Shown here: piece by piece, positions 46,202 through 54,370 of the stretch | How positions within the stretch are numbered: position 1 is the first letter of the stretch | How the letters are laid out: the number at the start of each line of letters is the position of its first letter | NCBI GenBank assembly: GCA_050294405.1 | Contig: JBNKOC010000016.1 | Coordinates: forward strand, 160,001 to 224,000 | DNA from: Fibrobacteria bacterium | GTDB lineage: Bacteria; Fibrobacterota; Fibrobacteria; UBA11236; JADFYW01 | Direction: 5' to 3' | DNA: 64,000 bases | Made by a program: the position numbers and the translations under genes | The notes under the pieces: generated by a model | The model's input: the letters and a program-made list of their open reading frames with translations, nothing else | Databases searched by the model: none | What the model was told of the DNA's origin: nothing

Positions 46202-47176
46202 ATGAAAATCGGGAATTTTTTTATTGCGCTGGCAGTTGCCAGCCTTGGACATGCTTTGGCTTTGGACTACAACCTGGAATTCCAGGGTCTTGGAGGTTTG
46301 GAAACCGGTCGCAATTTGGAAAGCGGAGAAACGGGGCCAGATTTTTTTATTACCCCGGAAATCTCCGGTAGTATTTCCCTTCCCAAAATAAAATGGGGCC
46401 GTCCCGAAATTTTTGCGGATTACAGCACAGATTTATTTTTAAACTCCGCACATAACCACAGTTTTGAATTGGGTTCCAAGCTTATGCAGCCCAAGCCGAA
46501 GCTTAATTTTTTTGAGGAAGTTTCTCTGGGTTATTCCAGGGAAACCGGCAACGAAGATTTGGATAATTTAGGCAGCAGTTTTTATGGAGCGGCTCGGGGA
46601 GGGTTTAAAACTAAATGGAAGCATCCCCTTCGGGCAAAGCTTTCCTGTATGTATACAGAGGATTTTGAAGCCAACAGGAGGGATATTAAATTAATGTCCC
46701 AGGTTTCTGTGAGTTTTACCAACTGGCCCTTATTTCGCCCTTCTGTGGGGTTAAATTATGGAAGAAATTTTAGCGACTCTCTCTATACATATAATTTTGT
46801 GGGGCTCCAATTCTATGGCATATATTTTTTAAATGACAACAATTACCTCTTGGGAGCCGGGCAATTGAGTAACCGGAGTTATCCTCTAATGTCGCAAGAA
46901 GGTGGGGGGCAAAAGGAAAAAAAGAGAAAGGCCAGTGATACCACTGATGTCAATCCAAACCCTGGAAATGGAAATGGTGGAGGGGATATGAGTGAAGTCC
47001 TCCCAAGGGCTCAAATGACTTATTTTCAATTAAATTTTTATCATATTTTTCATGAGAAGTTGGAGTGGGTAGTGGGCGGACTTGTGATGGCTAATTTCTA
47101 TTCAGAAAATTTTGGACTGTCCGAATCTGTGTTTTACGCTTTCCGCCTGGAATCCGGTCTGGTTTACCAATTTTAA
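46202..47176 (+). CDS. outer-membrane beta-barrel hypothetical protein
   Basis: Signal peptide (ALA), alternating strands, terminal GLVYQF. Confidence 0.65.
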   Translation: MKIGNFFIALAVASLGHALALDYNLEFQGLGGLETGRNLESGETGPDFFITPEISGSISLPKIKWGRPEIFADYSTDLFLNSAHNHSFELGSKLMQPKPKLNFFEEVSLGYSRETGNEDLDNLGSSFYGAARGGFKTKWKHPLRAKLSCMYTEDFEANRRDIKLMSQVSVSFTNWPLFRPSVGLNYGRNFSDSLYTYNFVGLQFYGIYFLNDNNYLLGAGQLSNRSYPLMSQEGGGQKEKKRKASDTTDVNPNPGNGNGGGDMSEVLPRAQMTYFQLNFYHIFHEKLEWVVGGLVMANFYSENFGLSESVFYAFRLESGLVYQF

Positions 47177-47263
47177 GTCAAATAGGGTTATTTGAGGATT
47201 TTAAAGTGAAAAAATGCGGTTTTTTAAACTTATGAAAAAGTTTGCTTATTTAGGCTTTGCAAA

Positions 47264-47290
47264 TGTAACCGCTTGTTATTTGCTAACGTA
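47264..47290 (+). promoter_or_regulatory. ECF sigma promoter TGTAAC-N17-CGTA (autoregulatory)
   Basis: TGTAACCGCTTGTTATTTGCTAACGTA, 41 nt before the sigma ATG; same motif and spacing recur at 49180. Confidence 0.7.
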
Positions 47291-47331
47291 TATTAGTTAT
47301 ATAGCCCATTTTAACTTTAGCGGCTGGATTT

Positions 47332-47829
47332 ATGGGCCGTAAAGAGGAGGAGTGGGTTGAAAACCTGGTTCGTGAATACACAGGTCTGGTTTACAGCATA
47401 GCGTTTCGCATTTTGCGGAATTCGGAGGAAGCCAGCGATGTGGTTCAGGAGACCTTTATTAAGCTGTATAAAAATATTGATAAGTATAAAGAAGAGAAAA
47501 ATTTAAAAAACTGGATTTACACCATTGCCTTAAATAGCGCCAGAGATGCATACCGGAAGCAAAAGAGAAAAGGAGAAGAAGCGGTGGATACAGAATTGGT
47601 ATCGGATTCAACCCAGCATAATGATGTTATAGAAGATAGGTTGCTATTGGAAAAAGTTATTTTAAATCTAACAGAAGATCAAAAGCAAGTGGTGCAACTT
47701 TATTATTTTGAAAGCATGAATATTGCGGAAATCTCCGAGATACTTGAAATTAACGAATCTCTGGTAAAGGTGCGTCTGCACAGGGCCCGCAAAGCCATGT
47801 TGGGATATGCCGAGGAACTCGATGTCTAA
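47332..47829 (+). CDS. ECF RNA polymerase sigma factor
   Basis: Region 2 EASDVVQETFIK, NWIYTIALN; region 4 EISEILEINESLVKVRLHRAR. Confidence 0.95.
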   Translation: MGRKEEEWVENLVREYTGLVYSIAFRILRNSEEASDVVQETFIKLYKNIDKYKEEKNLKNWIYTIALNSARDAYRKQKRKGEEAVDTELVSDSTQHNDVIEDRLLLEKVILNLTEDQKQVVQLYYFESMNIAEISEILEINESLVKVRLHRARKAMLGYAEELDV

Positions 47830-48475
47830 CTGCGAACAAATATACGATTACCTGGACGAGTTGGCTCAGGGAAAAAGCGATGCTGTTCCCAAAGACATTC
47901 TGGAACACGCCATGAACTGCGAGGCCTGCCATCGCAGAGTAAAGGCCTGGACCCGTCTAGTGGGAAAAATGAAGTTCAGCGAATTTATTTCCGTTCCCGA
48001 GGGTTTGGAAGAGCGGGTGCTCAATGCCCTTAAGGAAGAACGGCAAAAAGATACCCTTGAAGAAAAAATTATCAGGGTCAATTGGTGGAAGCCTGTGGCT
48101 ATGGCGGCGGGTATTTCTCTTTTTGCCTTGGGCTCTTACTTCTATATATCCAATAAAAATGTATCGGATCTAAAGCAAATGGCTAAAGAGTCTATGGTTT
48201 CGAAAGAAATGGATTCAGCCAGGGAATTAAAAATCACTTTGTATTTGCCCGAAGCCCAGTCTGTGGCCTTGGTTGGCGATTTTAATGGTTGGAACAAATC
48301 TAACCTTTTGTTGAAAAAAGATGAAAATGGATTTTGGGCTATTCGTATTCCCCTGGAGCAGGGATATTACCAATACCAGTTGCTTGTGAATGGTGATAAC
48401 TGGGTTCTGGATCCAAATAATAAAACTCAGGTGGAGGATGGCTTTGGTGGGGTAAATTCCGCAGTGCTTATTTAG
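47822..48475 (+). CDS. zinc-finger (ZAS) anti-sigma factor with TM helix and C-terminal CBM48/AMPK-type glycogen-binding domain
   Basis: HAMNCEAC (HxxxCxxC); TM segment; AQSVALVGDFNGW, GYYQYQLLVNG..WVLDP, DGFGGVNS. ATG at 47822 overlaps the sigma stop. Confidence 0.88.
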   Translation: MSNCEQIYDYLDELAQGKSDAVPKDILEHAMNCEACHRRVKAWTRLVGKMKFSEFISVPEGLEERVLNALKEERQKDTLEEKIIRVNWWKPVAMAAGISLFALGSYFYISNKNVSDLKQMAKESMVSKEMDSARELKITLYLPEAQSVALVGDFNGWNKSNLLLKKDENGFWAIRIPLEQGYYQYQLLVNGDNWVLDPNNKTQVEDGFGGVNSAVLI

Positions 48476-48476
48476 T

Positions 48477-49184
48477 ATGAAAAGTCTGTTGTCCAAAATA
48501 TTTACCCTATCTATCCTTTTTTCTGGATTGAGTTTTTCTGCCTGGGACGGCTTAGATCCCAAAACAGAATCTGCCATTCAATACATACTGGAAAAAGCCG
48601 AGGCCCAAGGCCATTCCAAAGAGCTGCTGGAACGCAAAATCCAAGAGGGTTTGGCCAAGGGAAAATCCAGTTCTCAAATTTTAAAGGCTTTAGAGCAGAG
48701 GTTTTTAAAGTTGCAGGAAATTTCCAGCGAAATGGAAGGCCATAAAAATATCGAAAAGGCTCTGTTGATAAAAGAGCGGGCCTCACAGCCAAAGAGTATT
48801 CCGGATGCGGCAAATAAACATTTAGCAAATGTTAAGGATAAACCAACTGAACCCAAAGCTAAGAAAACAAAGCCAAAGAGCTTGAACAAACATCCAAAGG
48901 AAAAGGATAAAAAGAAAGACAACAAAGCTCCCAAACATGTGGCTAAAAAACCTAAAGTTGCGCCAGAGCCAGTTCACGAAAAGCAGGCCAGAAAAACAAA
49001 AGAGCCCAAGTCTGCGGATTTAGACAAAAAATCCAAAAAGCTTGAGAAAATGGAAGCTAAGGCCAAAGATAAAGCAGAAAAAGAGCAGGAAAAACTGGAT
49101 AAAAAAGCCCAAAAGCTTGAAAAAAAGCTGGAAGAAAAAGAAAGGGCTCTAGAAAAAAAAGAAAAAAAGCTTTTAGATATGTAA
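48477..49184 (+). CDS. exported Lys/Glu-rich protein
   Basis: Signal peptide, LERKIQEGLAKG helical domain, low-complexity K/E/P-rich C-terminal half. Confidence 0.75.
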   Translation: MKSLLSKIFTLSILFSGLSFSAWDGLDPKTESAIQYILEKAEAQGHSKELLERKIQEGLAKGKSSSQILKALEQRFLKLQEISSEMEGHKNIEKALLIKERASQPKSIPDAANKHLANVKDKPTEPKAKKTKPKSLNKHPKEKDKKKDNKAPKHVAKKPKVAPEPVHEKQARKTKEPKSADLDKKSKKLEKMEAKAKDKAEKEQEKLDKKAQKLEKKLEEKERALEKKEKKLLDM

Positions 49185-49206
49185 CCTTTCTTAAGTCCTC
49201 CTCGTA
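49180..49206 (+). promoter_or_regulatory. second ECF sigma promoter TGTAAC-N17-CGTA
   Basis: TGTAACCTTTCTTAAGTCCTCCTCGTA, 27 nt before ATG 49234; the -35 element overlaps the upstream stop codon. Confidence 0.65.
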
Positions 49207-49233
49207 AAGTTTGTGTAATACAGGAGGACGCAA

Positions 49234-49695
49234 ATGAAAATCCAACACATATTATTTGCTTTATTTATTTCCCTGCCCCTTTACGCGCAAGAAGAGGTGG
49301 AAGAGGAAAATCAGGAAGAAGTTGCTGAAGAGGCAGATAACAACAAGGCTTCCAAGATTGGCGACGAGTTTGAAATTTCTGCAGATTCCGTAGACTTTTT
49401 AAAAGACAGCTACAAAATTGGTTATGGTGGAATACACCACGCTTTAGTGTTGGCAGAAAAGTCCGGTAAAACTGTAGATGAAATTCTAGCCATGAAGACC
49501 GAAGATAAAATGGGCTGGGGAAAAATCACCAAGGAATTGGGATTGAAGCCCGGCAAAGATTATCGCCTGGACGAAGATGAAATTGAAGCAAAACTAAGCA
49601 AAGCCAGAGGCCCCGAAAAGAAAGCCGAAAAAATGCAGGCTAAAATGGAAAGAGCCGAAGCCAGAGCCGAAAAGAAAAAGAACAAAAATAAATAG
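49234..49695 (+). CDS. exported charged protein with GWGxIxKELG motif
   Basis: AGGAGG RBS, signal peptide, acidic N-region, KMGWGKITKELGLKPG, basic tail. Confidence 0.75.
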   Translation: MKIQHILFALFISLPLYAQEEVEEENQEEVAEEADNNKASKIGDEFEISADSVDFLKDSYKIGYGGIHHALVLAEKSGKTVDEILAMKTEDKMGWGKITKELGLKPGKDYRLDEDEIEAKLSKARGPEKKAEKMQAKMERAEARAEKKKNKNK

Positions 49696-49709
49696 TTTAG
49701 GGCAAATCG

Positions 49710-49759
49710 CCCCGGATTTGAAACTAGTGTTTCCCGATTGCTAGCAGTAAAATCCGGGG
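49710..49759. terminator. long imperfect hairpin between convergent genes
   Basis: CCCCGGATTT...AAATCCGGGG outer arms with inner CTAG...CTAG pairing; no clear U-tract. Confidence 0.45.
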
Positions 49760-49772
49760 TAACCCATATACA

Positions 49773-51152
49773 TTAAGCCCCCCTCACACATTTTTGATAT
49801 AAACTAGGCTGGCGTCCCTTAGGGTCGTATTTGGCTTTTAATTCATTATATACATCCCCGTTGTAAAGCTCCCAAAACTCAGTCTCGCTGTAATAAGAAT
49901 CAGAATACAGGGATTTTTTTCCTTTAAGTTCCCGGACCTTATTTTCAATTAGCCTGTTGTAATATCCCGCTTCCTTGTTAGTGGGAACCACATCCCAAAA
50001 CCCAAAATTAAGGTATAGGGAGTTTGGGTCCATGGGGTAGAGGCTGTATTTTTTTTTGGAATCTAATTGCCGGGTAGGGCAAACCCACACCGGCAAAATC
50101 TGTATGTTATCCAGAAAAAAGTCCAGATATGCTTTGCTGTTTGCAAAGGGTATTTCCACATCCTGAATAATGGCTTCTTTTCTACCGGTTATTTTATCCA
50201 GGGCTTTAGTGATGCCCAATTTGCTAGCTTTGGAACGTATTTTCCAATATGTTGTGGAGCGCAACCTGTCCCTGCCATATAATTTCCGAATCCAGGGCAC
50301 TTGAGCCAAAAAATGCTTGCTGCACCAAAACCAATCTGTATCCCAGCGCCAGATGTAATCTTTAGCGCTAAGGTAATCCTCGTTGCGGCTGAGCAGACTT
50401 GGGTAATATATGTTCATAAAGCTATAATCATTGGCGTAGGGCGCCGCATCGCAAAACGCCCCCGTGGTGATAACATATTGGTTTTTGGAAAAAACCACTC
50501 CCTCCACAAAATCCAGTTGGTCTTTTTGCCCGCAAAAATTTTCCATGGCCTCTAAAAATTCCTGGCTTTGGTTATAACTGTGGTGCTGCAAATGAATATA
50601 GGGTTTAATGGGAATTATTTTGACTCGAACCCGAAGCGCGTAGCCCAAAGTTCCGTAAGAATTGGGAAAGGCGTAAAACAAGTCCTGGTATTGGTTATGG
50701 GGAGTGGCTGTTATAATTTGCCCAGCAGGAGTTAAAATATCCAGCTCCAAAATTGTTTCGTGCACTAAACCGAATTTAAAGGAGGAAGACTCAATGCCAA
50801 TTCCGGTAACCGCTCCTCCAATGGTAATGGTTTTTAATTCAGGAACCACTGTGGGCATAAAACCCTTGGGGATTAATGCCGCCACGCAGTTTTCGTAGGT
50901 GGTCATACCCTCAAAATCCGCCCAACCCTCTTGGCGGTTGATTTGAATGTAACTGTTAAAATGGCTTAAGTTAAAACCATTCCCCGACTTTGCCGCCCGA
51001 TGGCGGAACAGGTTAGAAGTGGATTTTTGCAGCCCAAAATCATTGGAGTCTGATGTATCCAGTCTTTTTTGCAAGGCTGTTATTTTGTCCCGGTAGTTTT
51101 TTGGAAATAACTGAACCGAGTTATCGAATGGAATGGTAACCACCCTTTTCAC
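49773..51152 (-). CDS. FAD-binding oxidoreductase, TmsA/TmpA/BfaA-like methylene-fatty-acyl reductase
   Basis: KSTSNLFR, EGMTTYE, VVPELKTITIGGAVTGIGIESSSF, FPNSYGTLGY, YIWRWDTDWFWCS, KSLYSDSYY, KYDP; overlaps the 3' end of the cfa-like gene. Confidence 0.82.
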   Translation of the reverse strand: MKRVVTIPFDNSVQLFPKNYRDKITALQKRLDTSDSNDFGLQKSTSNLFRHRAAKSGNGFNLSHFNSYIQINRQEGWADFEGMTTYENCVAALIPKGFMPTVVPELKTITIGGAVTGIGIESSSFKFGLVHETILELDILTPAGQIITATPHNQYQDLFYAFPNSYGTLGYALRVRVKIIPIKPYIHLQHHSYNQSQEFLEAMENFCGQKDQLDFVEGVVFSKNQYVITTGAFCDAAPYANDYSFMNIYYPSLLSRNEDYLSAKDYIWRWDTDWFWCSKHFLAQVPWIRKLYGRDRLRSTTYWKIRSKASKLGITKALDKITGRKEAIIQDVEIPFANSKAYLDFFLDNIQILPVWVCPTRQLDSKKKYSLYPMDPNSLYLNFGFWDVVPTNKEAGYYNRLIENKVRELKGKKSLYSDSYYSETEFWELYNGDVYNELKAKYDPKGRQPSLYQKCVRGA

Positions 51153-52302
51153 CGCCTTTGGATAACACCACTTGCCACAATTGATTCTTACGGCTGCGGA
51201 AGGAACCCGCGCACATCAGCAAGTAATACTCCCACATGCGGTAAAATTTGTCTTTGGCTTTGCCTTCTTTTTCCCAGGCTTCTTTAAAATTATCATTCCA
51301 GGCCATTAGCGTTTTGTCGTAATCGGCGCCAAAATTGTGCCAGTCTTCCATTACAAACAAATCCTCAAAGGCGGTGGTCAGTTGCGCCATAGAAGGCAAC
51401 AAAGAGCCGGGAAATATGTATCTGTCTAACCAGGGTTCGCTTATCACACTGGTGCGGTTGTTACCGATAGTGTGAAATAAAAACAACCCTCCGGGTTTTA
51501 ATCGGGCATTAACCAGTTCAAAAAATTTGCGGTAGTTTTTGTATCCAATGTGCTCGCCCATACCTATGCTCACGGCTTTGTCGTAATAGCCTTTGGCATC
51601 CCGGTAATCCTGTAAGCGAAATTCGGCAGTGAGCCCTTCGGTTTTTTCCCGGGCGTATTTAACCTGTTCCCGGGATATGTTATAGGCCACAACTTCTACC
51701 CCGTAGTAAGTGGCGGCGAAGCGGGCAAATCCTCCCCAACCGCAACCCAGCTCCAAAACCCTTTCGCCAGGTTTTAGGTTTAGTTTTTGGCATATTAAAT
51801 GGAGTTTATTTTCTTGCGCCGTCTCCAGGTCTTTGGCATTTTTCCAATAGGCGCAGGTGTACTGCATCCAGGGATCTAACATGGTTTCATAAAAATCATT
51901 GCCCAGATTGTAGTGAACTTCCGCCACTTTTTTCGATCGGATTTTGTCCTGAAGGTTAAGTGCTTTGGCTTTTAGCACTTGTCCCATTAAAAATAGGGGT
52001 CTGACTTCTTTCTCCAATCGGGCATTTAAAATCTTATTAAAAAACTCATCGAGGGCATCGCATTCCCACATTCCATCCATATAGCTCTCGCCAAGGCCCA
52101 AAGAGCCTTGGGAAAGAACGGTGCGGTAAAAAGTTTCGTCCAGAACGCGGATATCCCAGGGCTGGTTTCCATTGATGTTAATACCCGCTTTGGATAATAG
52201 CGCCGTGACCGTTTCTTTTTCGGAACTGGCAGTGAAAATTTTAACCACTTTGGTGGTAGGGCTAACCGGGGTTTTCGATACGCTTGAGACCTTTGCTATC
52301 AT
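51121..52302 (-). CDS. cyclopropane-fatty-acyl synthase-family methyltransferase (Cfa/TmpB-like)
   Basis: GSLGLGESYMDG, HYNLGND, MQYTCAYW, LELGCGWGG, EHIG, YIFPG, FYRMWEYYL. Confidence 0.9.
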   Translation of the reverse strand: MIAKVSSVSKTPVSPTTKVVKIFTASSEKETVTALLSKAGININGNQPWDIRVLDETFYRTVLSQGSLGLGESYMDGMWECDALDEFFNKILNARLEKEVRPLFLMGQVLKAKALNLQDKIRSKKVAEVHYNLGNDFYETMLDPWMQYTCAYWKNAKDLETAQENKLHLICQKLNLKPGERVLELGCGWGGFARFAATYYGVEVVAYNISREQVKYAREKTEGLTAEFRLQDYRDAKGYYDKAVSIGMGEHIGYKNYRKFFELVNARLKPGGLFLFHTIGNNRTSVISEPWLDRYIFPGSLLPSMAQLTTAFEDLFVMEDWHNFGADYDKTLMAWNDNFKEAWEKEGKAKDKFYRMWEYYLLMCAGSFRSRKNQLWQVVLSKGGEKGGYHSIR

Positions 52303-52415
52303 GTAATTATTCTCCTAACGGCCTTTCGCCTTCAAAGAAATACCTTAAATGCAAGATTTTAAAAAAATCTAGAATAATTACGTCGGTTTGAAAACCGGCC
52401 TATGGAATTAAGTGC

Positions 52416-53312
52416 CTATTCGCTGGTCCAGACGCCTTTGCTGCGTAATTCCCACTTAAGCTTAGCAGAAATTTCCTGTTTTTTCGGTCTGCTTTCCCTG
52501 CTGCTGGAAGCCATGTAAGCTCCGTTATTGGGATGGTGTCGGTTTATCTTTCTGCCGGATTGGTACCAAGCCTGGTATCCATTAGCCGAATCAATGGCTG
52601 GCCCTCCCACGCGGTGCAGGTTTCCGTCCAGATAATATTCAGTGGCGACTCTGGGGATAACCACCGCAGGCTTGTTGTTCAATCGGGAACGAACACCCAT
52701 TATCCACCACTCCTGATGGCCGCTTCTAAATTCCACAGCGGGTTTGTCGTCAAGGCGATGCCGTTTTCCCTCGAAATACCATTCCAGTCCATCTTCGGAT
52801 TTTACGGCGGGTTTGTCTCCAATGCGATGTAATTTTCCATTTTTAAAATAGGCGTAGTTTCCATTTTCCCATTGGATGGCCGGCTTATTCTCCCGGTGGA
52901 GGTTTCCATTTTGATACCAGGCTTTGTATTGCCCCGGGATTATAACCGCAGGTTTTTTTGCCCGATGTCGCTTGCCCTCCAGCCAGTATTCTTTCCTCCC
53001 ATCTTTCCAATCAATGGCCGGTCCCTTGGCATTGTGGTATTTGCCATAGAGGTGGAATTCTTTTCCTCCATCGGCATAAATTATAGAGGGTTTGTTAATG
53101 CGATGTAATTTACCGCTTTGGTACCATTCTTTTTTTCCGTCGGGGCGGACAACTGCAGGAGCATCATCCAGGGAATGCAATTTTCCGTTGAGGTAAGTGC
53201 GAACTGTTCCATCATAGTCCACGATTTTCCGGAAGCCTTTTATATCTTTTCCCCAACTGCTTCCAGCGGTTCCCCAAATCAATAACAAAACAGTTAATAT
53301 TTGTTTAACCAT
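52416..53312 (-). CDS. exported protein with ~9 tandem 23-24 aa GxLHRxxxPA repeats
   Basis: ATG at 53312 behind GGGGAGG; signal peptide; repeats such as YQSGKLHRINKPSIIYADGGKEF and YLDGNLHRVGGPAIDSANGYQAW. Confidence 0.8.
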   Translation of the reverse strand: MVKQILTVLLLIWGTAGSSWGKDIKGFRKIVDYDGTVRTYLNGKLHSLDDAPAVVRPDGKKEWYQSGKLHRINKPSIIYADGGKEFHLYGKYHNAKGPAIDWKDGRKEYWLEGKRHRAKKPAVIIPGQYKAWYQNGNLHRENKPAIQWENGNYAYFKNGKLHRIGDKPAVKSEDGLEWYFEGKRHRLDDKPAVEFRSGHQEWWIMGVRSRLNNKPAVVIPRVATEYYLDGNLHRVGGPAIDSANGYQAWYQSGRKINRHHPNNGAYMASSSRESRPKKQEISAKLKWELRSKGVWTSE

Positions 53313-53572
53313 AAAACCCTCCCCCTTGATTATAAGATATTCCCATGGAAAATATCCAGAAATTAATTCCAAATGTTATGTATATGTTATTAACCTTTTT
53401 GAAATCGGGATGTATGCTATATTTGGGGAAAATCTGTGGAAGGCCTTTAAATTAAGGCCAGGAAGTCCGCAAAACCTTTTTAAGATGAAAACCCCCGTCA
53501 TCTGTTATAGGAATACAATAAAAAGTATGGGGTTATAAAGCAAGAAATATGTTAAGTTGGGATTTGCTTGGT

Positions 53573-54037
53573 CTATGAGGAAGGGTGGGGAAAGTTTTTT
53601 GGGGTGATTTTTTCTGATTCGTTTAAAATTTGAGATAATTCCAGGGCATCTAAAATACCCTGAACCAGCTCTTTTCCTTCAAATTCCCCTTTTAAAAGGT
53701 ATTGGGCTGCTCCTTCAGCTACGGCCTTAAAGGAAAGTTCTTCGTCGCGAAGACCGCTGATTATCAAAATGGGGGTTTGGGGTACGTATTTGCTGATTTC
53801 ATAAAATCCCGAAAGGCCTTTGGAGTCGGGCAGGGTCAGATCCAAAAGTATAACCTGGGGTTGGCCTATTTTTAAGAAATCCAGGCAATCCTGTAAGGAG
53901 CTGGCCACAAAAAATATGGGGTGCATTAAATGGGGTCGGCTTTTAAGTTCGTCCAGGATGTAGGTTTGGTTTAGGTGGAGATCCAGAGGGTTGTCTTCAA
54001 CCATCAATATTTGAATTGTGGGAATAGGGGTGGACAT
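53573..54037 (-). CDS. stand-alone response regulator receiver domain
   Basis: ILMVEDN, ILLDLTLPDSKG, IISG, GAAQYLLK; ATG at 54037 behind AGGAG. Confidence 0.88.
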   Translation of the reverse strand: MSTPIPTIQILMVEDNPLDLHLNQTYILDELKSRPHLMHPIFFVASSLQDCLDFLKIGQPQVILLDLTLPDSKGLSGFYEISKYVPQTPILIISGLRDEELSFKAVAEGAAQYLLKGEFEGKELVQGILDALELSQILNESEKITPKNFPHPSS

Positions 54038-54321
54038 AACTTCCTCCTTCACTTTTTTTTAACCCAATCAGATGGAAACGCCTCATTAATTATAGGGGGG
54101 AACTTTCTGAAATTACAACAGCAATCGCTGGAAAAAAATGGCAAAAAGTTCTGTTTTTCGAGAAAATAGGGTATTTTAAAATGGTTTTTGGAGCTTCTGG
54201 AATTTCAGAAGGCCAGAAAAGATCACCCCGGGTGCCACATAAAGGAAAAGCTTAAAATAACCGGTTAATTCAAGCTATTTCAATTCGTATGAAATAATAA
54301 TTTTCAAAAAAGTATAGCGTA

Positions 54322-54364
54322 TACAGTAAATTAACTGACAAAATGTATTTTTTACAGTAAATTA
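54322..54364. promoter_or_regulatory. direct repeat TACAGTAAATTA x2 (31-bp period), candidate operator of the uronate operon
   Basis: Exact 12-mers at 54322-54333 and 54353-54364; the first extends to the near-palindrome CAGTAAATTAACTG. Confidence 0.55.
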
Positions 54365-54370
54365 TTTCTT

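Noticed and set aside
49773..51152. Sterol delta-24 reductase working with the cholesterol oxidase-like gene
   Set aside because: Overlap with a cfa-like methyltransferase and TmsA-type motifs fit fatty-acid methylation better; no sterol synthesis genes are present in the window.
52416..53312. Repeat region as CRISPR array or prophage remnant
   Set aside because: Repeats are degenerate at DNA level and in-frame within a protein; no cas, integrase or phage genes.
53421..53500. Possible c-di-GMP riboswitch (GGAAA...TTTAAATT..GGC...CGCAAAACC) and GGCCTT-N6-AAGGCC hairpin
   Set aside because: The required stems and pseudoknot cannot be built, and on the + strand it precedes no gene. An Infernal search against the Rfam c-di-GMP-I/II models would settle it.
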